From contig CDLV01000006.1 of assembly GCA_001244265.2 (NCBI GenBank), positions 62,001-126,000 of the forward strand: DNA of 64,000 bases. The letters run 5' to 3'. The stretch comes from Microbotryum violaceum (taxonomy: Eukaryota). Under the pieces are notes generated by a model. The model did not search any database and was not told the origin of the DNA. It saw only the letters and a program-made list of their open reading frames with translations. This document shows, in pieces, positions 12,601 through 21,654 of the stretch; the first letter of the stretch is position 1, and each line of letters opens with the position of its first letter. A program made the translations under genes and the position numbers.

Positions 12601-13116
12601 CGTGCACCCAGACAAGATTGAGCAAGTTCGCTGGCGGCGATGCGCGGCTCTGCAGTGGATGCAGGGCCTACTTTGCTCGGGCAGTGACACGCATGATCGG
12701 ATCACTTGACCCGTTGTAGTACCCAGTAAAAGAAAGAGTGAATATTTCGATGCCTGGGGGCCTTCGTCGAGCCCGTGGGGGGAGTACGGGCACAATTTTC
12801 AACTACATGAGATCCGGGTGAGAGTGCGTCTTACCAAGGGTGGACGTACTTGGTGGTCATGTAAAAGGGCTCGTCAAGTTTCAAGGTGATACATGGCATA
12901 CTACACGAGATACAGCGGATTGCCCCGCTACGTGGTAGATGCACCATCCTTAATTGGTAAACGCACCTTTTCTTCCGGGGCAAACGCACCAAACTTGCGC
13001 GAAGAATGCACCATTTGTAAGTGAACTTTGCACCTTACTTCCTGGGTAGATGGGTCAAGCTTCGGGGGTAAACGCGCGCGCGTAATTGGTAATTGCACCA
13101 TTTACTCGCGGCATTA
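9650..13116. mobile_element. Non-autonomous element bounded by ~320-bp inverted repeats (9650-~9973 and ~12791-13116), possible TA TSD
   Basis: TAATGCCGCGAG(C/T)AAATGGTGCAATTACC... is matched in reverse complement for about 320 bp. No transposase seen inside. Confidence 0.82.
10349..12389 (-). pseudogene. Ulp1/C48-like SUMO-protease gene with a C-terminal PHD-like zinc finger (spliced and/or degenerate)
   Basis: EWMLKDTI, GHWVLVEA..FHDSL and RQPDGNACGVFVC match the Ulp1 His-Asp-Gln/Cys pattern. Downstream CNDWFHARC..LCRC resembles a PHD finger. Split over ORFs 11883..12389, 11345..11797, 11004..11348, 10504..10776 and 10349..10657. Confidence 0.7.
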
Positions 13117-13601
13117 TGTCTGGATGCAAAAAAAAATGCGCCTCCGGCTGGGCTTTCTGGGGTCCTGCCATTATCTGAGGACGAAGCAATTTCGCTTCTC
13201 TGAAAACCTTCTTGTCCACAGATGCAAAGACACGCGCAACTTGCTGTATTTCTAGCCACTTGTTAGATCGAAGGTTGGGATGTAGAACGAAAAGCCGGGA
13301 GTAGAAGGGTATCTTTGCAAGCATGAAGGGTTTCTCGGTGCAACCGGTGACGAACGCAGATTCAGGCTACACCTATGTTGCGCTACCGGTTGGTCGTAGA
13401 GACCTTGTTGTACCATTGTGCAATGAAGGGCACGGGCGAAGAAGAAAAGTGTTTTTTGCTCAGCAACACAATCTACTGGTAGCGCAGATCATTCACGCCA
13501 TCGGCATTTCAGGAAGCGTGCCGGGGAGTTAGAGCAGTCTTGTCCGTGGCCCTACCAAGCCAAAACAAGTTCAAGTGCAGGTCCTGCACAAGTCACAGCA
13601 A

Positions 13602-14345
13602 TCACAATTCCAAGTCGTGTTGCAAGGCTGCCAGTGAAAAAGGCTCTGGCTCCTCCGGATCTAACTCTATTCCGGCTGCACACCCCATTGCGCTTGACGG
13701 GAGAGCGGGCAGGTGCGCCGAAAACAGTTGGCCGTGGTCGTGGGCCTGCGTTGCCTGACCCAGTCCGCCATGCCTGGTTGATTCAGCAGAGGTACTGAAA
13801 AAATGACCGGGCAGCGGTGCCGACACACTCCTGCTTGGCGCATCGAAACCAGGCAAGGAGTCGGGTGAAAATGCTTCATCCCATTGTTTCCTATCGGCAG
13901 ATGCGAACGCGGCGGGATGCAAATGAGTCTGTTTTTGAGGAAGCCAGATGAAATCCCTCCAGTGATCATGAGTAGGCGACTCGATGTGATGAAGCTCCGT
14001 GACGAATTGAGGAGCTTCTTCTTCAGAGTAGCGAGATCTTGTACTGAAGTCGTTGTGCTCGTGCATACGTGGCAGCGCAGAAACATCAATCCACGGAGTG
14101 GTCCGTCGAAAAAGTTGTGTATGCTGCAGCATTGGGGGGAGACGATGAAAAGGCGTGACTTTGGTTAAGAGAATAGGAACTGTCGGTTCGCGGCACAGGA
14201 GATCGCCGAGACACCGAGGGTTGACTGCGTTTGCTAGGGTGGCTCGACGAGCGCCAATTTGGCCGTCCAGACCGGGCCTCTGCCGTGAATGCAACGGGCG
14301 ATGAATCCGATTCAGCTCTCTATCCATCGCTTTTTCACGTGTCAA
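13602..14345 (-). CDS. Hypothetical protein fragment, possibly an exon of a degenerate gene spanning ~13300-15000
   Basis: 247-aa open frame plus neighbouring minus-strand ORFs; no recognisable domain. Confidence 0.25.
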   Translation of the reverse strand: MTREKAMDRELNRIHRPLHSRQRPGLDGQIGARRATLANAVNPRCLGDLLCREPTVPILLTKVTPFHRLPPMLQHTQLFRRTTPWIDVSALPRMHEHNDFSTRSRYSEEEAPQFVTELHHIESPTHDHWRDFIWLPQKQTHLHPAAFASADRKQWDEAFSPDSLPGFDAPSRSVSAPLPGHFFSTSAESTRHGGLGQATQAHDHGQLFSAHLPALPSSAMGCAAGIELDPEEPEPFSLAALQHDLEL

Positions 14346-15232
14346 TCCCCACTAGGCAGGGCGGACTCTGTCAGCTCGACAAGTAATCTGACGTCCGACC
14401 TGGGGATCCAGCGACGGCGCTTACCCTCTTGCGCGATGTCGCGAGCCCATGCTCGCTCGAGCCGTCGTGCAGGAGGGTCGAGGGGGCCTGAATAGACCTC
14501 TTGTTTCGATCCGGAACTTGTGAGCCGTACCAATCCTCGCCAGACCCTGGGGACATGGCCCGACCGGAATGATCCAGGACCTTCAAGTTGGATTGGATGG
14601 TGGGCAGGAAGTTGGGAAAATCACAATCAGGCATAGGCACTGGAGGTGGTCGCCCGACCTCATGCTGGGATATGACTCACATCTAGCCTTTGCAAGGTAT
14701 CCCTCGCCTCGAGATTGGTGGACGACTCTGCACAACGCCCTGCCGTACGAGCTCCGAAGTTCAGCCGTGGCGCGCTGTTGCCGTTTCCCCAGTATGTACT
14801 TGAACCCTCCGTCTCCGAGCAGGACAAAGACAAGGCCATGCACGCCGACTCGTCGAGCCCACCTGACAAAGCGCCACCGATCTTTCACGTAGTGCGACCA
14901 AATGTCGGAAGAAAGCGCGATCCGCCAGCGAGCACTGAGTAGCGTATCCTGACAGCGACTCGAGATCCGAAACACCGGCCAGGGATCAGGAAGTGACGTC
15001 TCCTGACACCAAAATCTGCTGACTCGGTCTCGCAGAGGGTCAAAGAATTATCTGCTTGACTTCCGCCAGCTTGAGCGAAACCAAGCTGGGGCCGTGGAAC
15101 CAGTGCGAGCGATCGTTTCGAGCCAGCCTACGATCACGCGTGAGTCAAGCACAGAGTTCCATCGGTGCACCTACACGCGCAACCCTCAATCGTGCGGAAT
15201 TCTTATGTCCACAATCTGTACATCAGCAAAAT

Positions 15233-16826
15233 GGCCAAACGCGCGTAAGCGCGCGAAACCTCGTAAAGCTAAGCGGCCTAAAGCTGCTTTTAAGCGCCCT
15301 TAACCACTCGTTAAGCCGCGCGCGCGTTAAGTGTCGCTTAAGTGTACCCTAGATAAGGGACTCTTACGGCGCACTTACGGCGCGCTTAAGACTCCTCGCG
15401 CGCTTTGTTTGCATACGCAAAGCGATCCGTAAGCGCTCTTATGTATGGGCCGCCGTTTGGGCAACAAATGGATTTGCGCGCCCGGGGCTACTTGCGCGTT
15501 ACAATTCGTTTGTACGCGCACCGAAAATCGTGCAATTGCGCGCCAAAGGGCCTTCATACGCGCGTCATTCACTCTTGGACGCACTTTTGGTCTCTAACGC
15601 GCTCTGGAACCTGCGGAGTTGCGCGCTTTCTAGGAAAAACATCCGTTTCTGGCCCCTATTGGCGGTCTGCGCGCTTTTCACTCACTGTTAGACTCGCTCG
15701 CCCCGCCGTATATCCGCGCACGGACGGGGCATTACACGCGCTACAGCGCGCTTATGCGCGCGCAACCTACTCAATCTACGCGCTTTTTGCGATTTGTCCA
15801 AAAATAAAATAATAATTCCGAAGAATAATTTTGATTTTTTAAATTTTCATAGCAAAATTCCGAACCCCGCACTCCCGCTTTTTACGATTTGTGCGCCTCG
15901 GAAGCTGCTTACACGCGCTCCCAAAACAGTTCTCACGCTCGCAGAATCGCAGATGCGCGCGACCGGAAACGCTCACACGCTCGCGGCTTTTTCTACTTGC
16001 ACGGGAACCGACACCACTCGGAGGAGGTTTGCCTTTTTACTCCGCGGTATGGAACTCATTTTCATGGCAGGAGGACGTTTGCTCCGAATGCTAAGCTTTA
16101 TGTATTTTCAAATAGTGTCATTGCTATGGTGTATTGGGTTGGTGGTGTGGCTGTTGAAAGCGTTCGAGCTTTCGAGGCTCAGGGCTGGGCACTCCGAGAG
16201 TCGGGCTCCATTGAGTTTCAGAGAACTAGTAGTGCTCGTTCCAGATGATTATTTGTTGGGGTGGGCCGACAAATCCTGCGCCGGTGCTCCCGGCCAAGAG
16301 TCTTGGTGTGCAGCAGCAGAATCGTATATCGAACATCGGCACTGGAAGAATCTCTGCATCTGCTCCAGCCTGCATTAGGAGGGCTCAAAGAGCTCCCAGC
16401 TTGCAACGTACTTGCACCCTTGGCGGCCAACTCCCTCTCCCAAGTCGCAATGATACCATCTACTTTTCTCATGATAGCAGTTGAAGGCTGTTGAGTGAAA
16501 CAGAGTCGTTATGAAAGCGGGGAATAACTGGACAAGGTTGACGTGGGGTCGGTGTGTGTGTGGAAGAAGGCGGCCGCGCGTGAGCTCGCGTGTGTCGCGC
16601 ATGAACGAGGCTAGACGAGTCGCGGGCGCGCAGAAGCGTTCGGCGGGGCGCGCATATCCATATTTCTGGGCGCGCGGAGGCCCCAGGCGCGCAAATCCAT
16701 TTGTTGCCCAAACGGCGGCCCATACTTATGCGCGTATGCGTCCTTATGCGCATCTTATGCACCGATAAGCGCTGTTAAGCGCGCGTAATCTCAGGCGAAT
16801 CCTTAAGCGGGTTCGCGCGCGTGGCC
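15233..16826. mobile_element. 1.6-kb MITE-like element with GGCCA termini and CGCGCG-rich subterminal arrays (PIF/Harbinger/ISL2EU-like ends)
   Basis: GGCCA...TGGCC ends flanked by AT on both sides. A 45-bp inverted match lies at 15443-15487 vs 16681-16725, and both arms carry dense GCGCGC/TAAGCG repeats. Confidence 0.6.
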
Positions 16827-17093
16827 ATTCAATTCCAGGCGCGCGGCTGGAAATACCAGGGGCTTGGGTAATACCCTCGTGAGGTGGTAATACCCGACCC
16901 ACTGGTATTTCCAGCCGCGCGGGTATTACCACTTCACGAGGGGTATTACCCAAGCCGCTGGTATTTCTGTCGGTTGGGTATTAACCTTCTCAGCTGGTAT
17001 TGCCACCCGAAAAGTCTCAATAGGGGCTCTTGTGCGGAGCACGACCGAGCGCAATTAGCATTAGGTTTTGTGTAATGGGTGTCACCTTTGTAG

Positions 17094-17225
17094 TACTAAT
17101 GCTCATATTCGAATTTACTGATGCTCATATTCGAATTTACTAATGCTTACACTCGAATTTACTGATACTTGTATTTGAACATACTAATGCTCATATTCGA
17201 ATTTACTAATGCTCATATCCGAATT
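17094..17225. repeat. 22-bp tandem repeat, 6 copies (TACTAATGCTCATATTCGAATT)
   Basis: Direct reading; related decayed units occur at ~19750-19870 in the inner element. Confidence 0.92.
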
Positions 17226-17329
17226 GTAGTTTTTCAATGCAGGTTTTCTACTATATTATGATATAGGTGCACTACAAAGCAGCAAACTGAGTGTCCACGT
17301 CCGTCACAGGCTCCTCCCATTTGTCTGGA

Positions 17330-18456
17330 TTGTCAGATTGATCAAGATCTAAACCGCCCGAAGCTCCGGCTGCCGCTCCTCTTGCCCGTTTCTTATACCC
17401 TTTAGTCGGCTCTAATTATTCTTCCTCCTCTTCCTCTACCCGAGACTGCTCTTCCTCGCTTTCTTCTCTGCGGCGGACCCGCCTGGTGATGGTGTTCTGG
17501 CTAATGCGAGAAGATTGTTTAGCGTTTGCCTCCTTCGTCGATTTCAACTGACCCGGGCCTCTTGTTCAATCGAGGGTAGTGACTAACCTTTAGAGCAGAT
17601 CCTACGCCTAGCTCGTTGCGCAATCTTGTGATGTCCGCCCTGGAAAGCCGTCCCATGATCCCCGCCAACCGACAGGCCTCACGGTCGTACTGCAGTCTAT
17701 ACGCGGCTCAGGACAGTCGCCAACACATCAATAACAAGTTCTTCATAGAGCCAGTCGCCCGATGTGACCCTTAAGAAAGCCATGCGCTCACGAATCTGAA
17801 AGAGGATGACGAGTGCCCGAGCAAGCGCACGTTCCGTACAAGACTGGCAGGTTCCGCGTAACTCACATATCTGACGATATCTCGTTGTTTTGCACGTCCA
17901 AGACGTCCCCACACAGTAGTGCTGCTTTGCGTTTTGGCTTGAATGAGCCTGAACGCGTCCTTGAGGTTGAACTCCTTATGCGTGTGGTAGTCTGGAGTCC
18001 ACATGCCGATCATAAAGGTTGATGGGGTCAGGTGTGGTGATTACTGCCTTTACTAGTGCATCCCGTACAACCGACCGGTCGAAGGACATCACACAGATGG
18101 TGAGCACTGAGGAGTCAGATCGACGAAATGGCGTCGCGCCCCAATCGTTGAGCCGCCGGTACTCACGCAAACTCAAGTATAGTATACTCGCGCAGGCTCA
18201 TAGAACCCTTGTCTTTTCAACGTATTTTCTGGCCGGAAGAAACAAGAAGACAGGTAGCCGCAGTGGGCCGATGGTGAAGGACGGCGGCGCGGTTGAAAAA
18301 GAACACGTCAGCAAATTCCCTCAACTGTGGCGGTGCAGACGCAGACCGCGAAGATTTCAGCTCTCTGTACACACGTGGACGTCATTCATGCGGTGGTTCG
18401 TTGGACTTGTCCATCCTTGTTGTACGTCTTGCCGTGGTCGACGATGTTTGTGTCAT
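17330..18456 (-). pseudogene. CACTA accessory (second) gene relic of the outer element
   Basis: LKDAFRLIQAKTQS and QIRERMAFLRVTSGDWLYEELVIDVL match the inner-element gene at 19935-21462; frameshifts present; boundaries approximate. Confidence 0.7.
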
Positions 18457-18707
18457 GGTAGGAAGACGTAGGCGGGGAGGGTTGAGCTTCGACGTGGGCA
18501 CAAGTGGATCGAAGGCGAAAGAAGGAAGGAAAGAAGTGCGCGGACGCATGGCGCCCTTTCTCAGCGCACATAATCAAATCTGCCTAATCGCTACTCGTAT
18601 TGCGCATTACTGTAGCCCTAATGTCCCGGATGGCCTGCCGGACTTAGCGTCGTTCGTTGCTCTTGAGTCTCACGTCTCACCGTAATAAACCATTCGATTG
18701 CGCCACC

Positions 18708-19556
18708 ATGACACGCAACCAATGTTCTCGCCTATGCCATTGTTCGTTGTGCAACGATGCAATAGTATCAAGAGCGACACTAGTTCTACCGCCACAAACG
18801 CCTACAATCTGTTGACTCTTCCAGAGCCGACGCAACTGCTATCCTCGAGTTCTCGCGGCAGCCATCGGAACCTCCAACATTGCTTGCTCCTGAGGCCCAA
18901 TCGTTCCAGCCCCCTTTACCAACTCCTGGTTGGTTTGCAAGTCGCTCGCCACCACAATTAGCCACAAATGAAGCGCAATATGGAGTGCCCACCAGTCCCA
19001 AGGGTCCCTACTCTCCTCAAGGAGATCACGGGTCCGAGCGAGCTTCTTCGGTCGGGGATCAATGGGGTCAAGTGAGGACCAAGCGCTAGGATTGGACGAA
19101 GAAGATTTTCGCGAGACACAACAGTTTGACGCGGCATTTGATTGGGGAATGGTATCTCCTGACCTGGAATACGAGGACCGCTCCAGCTCCAGCTCGCTCC
19201 CATTTGACGACGACGACGACGATGACGACTCACGTACAAACACTAGTTTGTGCCTCTCACTCCACAGACTTTCCTGGTAGGGAAACTCAGGTCTCTTAAT
19301 CTAAGTCAATTGGAAGCCGTCGACGCTATCGAGCGGACTCCGGTGGCCAAGCCAGCGCAAAGGCGGCAAAAAAGAAAGGCTGCTTTTGTTGTCAGTGCGC
19401 AGAGGCACCAAAACTTGTTTTTCACTTGAGGTCGAGGAACTCTGGGAGCGATCGAGATTATAGATCTGCGCTGCATCTTAGGCTCAGCTGGTCGCATCTA
19501 TCGGAGGGTGGGTCGAGACTCGAGAGGAGCCTCGCGAGTATATTTTTGACCGATTG
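18708..19556 (+). pseudogene. Internally deleted CACTA transposase of the outer element (C-terminal codons continue at 26308-26343)
   Basis: N-terminal CHCSLC motif and SSSSLPFDDDD are joined directly to the last exon (LRCILGSAGRI...EYIFDRL|EDEARPNFLNL*); the catalytic core is missing. Confidence 0.8.
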
Positions 19557-19934
19557 CACTGAGCGACGTTTTTGGCGGGGAATACCCATCTGAATGGGTA
19601 TTGACTGGGCTGCGGTATTACCCATCAGAATAGGTATTACCCAAGCAGACGGTATTCCCTTCGGTTCGGGTATTTCCAATTTTATTGGGTAATACCATCC
19701 AAAAAGTCTCAATAGGGGCTCTTTTCGGGAGCGTGATCGAGCTTAATTCATATTAGCTTACTCATTAGGTTCTGTATCATTAAATGCTAGTGCGAGCTCA
19801 ATTGGCACTAGCTTACTCATTAGGGTCTGTATCATAAATTACTAATGCTCGCGTTCATATTACTAATGTTAATGCAGCCATTTTATATTGCATGCCAGAT
19901 GTTGTAGTATTTATCTAGCAAGTGTCTGCCTCCG

Positions 19935-21462
19935 TTACCATCTTTGACCCGTAGCCGGATAGTTTGGATCGTTGGCATCCAGATCATCCGCAGCTGCCGC
20001 GCGTGCTCCGCTTCCTCAAGTCCTTGGAGACCGTTCCACTTCCTTCGACTTCTTCTTCATCCTGTCCCTGATCCTCGTCTTCTTCTTCTTCAGCTCGACC
20101 GTTGCTAAGGTCTCTCTTTGGGTTGGTCTGTTGGCTTCTGTTAGGATTGTGTTTCGGTCTTCTTCTTCTTGTTTCTTGGCGGGCCCGGGCCTCTGACACC
20201 GCTGGCTGCAGGAGTCGAACGTTGGCCGCTTGAACCCACGTGGGGGCTTGTTTGTTGAGTCTCCTGCGACAATTGCGGCGATCCTGCTCCTTGGCGCGCT
20301 CCTCGCTTCTTGGGCACTAGGGTCCTGTTCCTAGTTGCCAGCACTTCTTCCTCTTCGAGGTCGCTTGTGCCTGTATCTGAAGCCAAATAGGCCCCGTCTT
20401 GGCTCTGAAGGAGTCATCACGGTCTCATCAGTGCATACCATCCAGTCCGATCTGGTTGAGAAGAAGGGGCTAACTTTCCGACTGGGACCTTCACCATGCC
20501 TGCTGCGGAGTGTCGCTATGTCTGCTTTGGAGAGCTGACCTTTGATTCCCGCAAGCCGGCACACTTCGCGATCGTACGCTAATTTCCAGGCGGACCGAAT
20601 ATTTGCCAAGACATCGATGACGAGTTCTTCATAGAGCCAGTCGCCAGATGTGACCGCAAGGAAACCAGCCCGTTCGCGAATCTGACCAAGTGCCAATGGA
20701 GGAGTAATTGGTCAGCACGCAAGCGAGCGCACAACAAGGTGACGACCGGGGGGGGGGGCTTCGTGTTACTTACATACTTGACGATTTCTCGTTGCTTCAA
20801 AGGGGAGAGATTCCCCCACAAGACTGTGTTTGTGCTAGTTTTGGCAGAGATGAGTCTGAAGGCGTCCTTGAGATCGTAGTTTTCGGGCAGGTCGTGGTTG
20901 GGGGACCACTCCTGGTTGATCTCCGCAAGCGGCCCATACAGCTGGACCGGGGTAGGTGTCCTGATCCCTGCCACTACTAGTGCGTCCCGCACCACCGACT
21001 GGGTCGAGGAAGGTTACGAGTGGCACAGGGATGTCAGAGCTAGTCGGTAGTGGGGCTCTGCTCGCTGGACTTGCCGGCACTTACGCGAACCCAATTGTAA
21101 TAGATTTTGTCAATTTGCCCGCGCTTGCAAGTATAATCACGCAAGCCCATATTGCCCTTGTCTTTTCGTGCGTACATGCCGTCGGCATCAATGTATTTTC
21201 TGGCTGCAGTGGACCGATGCGGCACACGTCAGCGAAAATGTGGCTGACTTAGCCCGAACGAGACTCGGCCCAAGCTTGAGGCCTCCTGAGGCCTGAGCGC
21301 TTGAGCCCGAACCAGCTGAGCCCAAACCTGAGCCCGAACCTGAGCCCGAACCTGGCGAAGCAAATCCTTGAATCAGAACAAGTACTGCATGCTGAGCTCA
21401 CCAGTGCCCTTCCCATTCCGTCTTTGGTTCTCTTTGTCCTTCTCTGATGCAGATCCTGCCAT
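19935..21462 (-). CDS. CACTA accessory protein (TnpA-analogue candidate), multi-exon, possibly damaged
   Basis: ORFs 20579..20995 and 20331..20696 conserved with the outer-element paralogue; low-complexity acidic/basic C-terminus; 12-bp GAGCCCGAACCT repeats at ~21303-21353. Exon model approximate. Confidence 0.55.
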
Positions 21463-21654
21463 TGCGGCGCTCCCGTGTGGCAGTGGATGAATGGTGGGTG
21501 GGAGAAGGACTGAACACGTGGGCGGAAGGAGGGAAAGAGAGAAACGAAGACGCGCGCGCAAACTGCACGACTGCGCCGACTGCGCCACAATTTTTGCAAA
21601 GTCTTCTTCCGGACCCTCAACGGTGGTAAACGTGCACCGCTCGTTCGCTCCGCC

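Larger units (their letters stand above)
1452..13166. mobile_element. 11.7-kb composite TIR DNA transposon with 8-bp TSD
   Basis: 31-bp inverted termini AGGACCCCAGAAAGCCCAGCC(A/G)GAGGCGCAT at 1452-1482 and 13136-13166. Identical flanking GCCATTAT at 1444-1451 and 13167-13174. Confidence 0.88.

Noticed and set aside
14933-14940. CACTGAG as the missing left end of the outer CACTA
   Set aside because: Not preceded by the expected ATT TSD and not followed by GGTAATACC subterminal repeats.
15794-16378. 194-aa ORF inside the GGCC element as a transposase or membrane protein
   Set aside because: Non-ATG start, no DDE or Myb motifs, and it crosses low-complexity arm sequence.
17094-17225. Regular short repeats resembling a CRISPR array
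   Set aside because: Units are contiguous with no spacers, there are no cas genes and the context is eukaryotic; it is a TE minisatellite.
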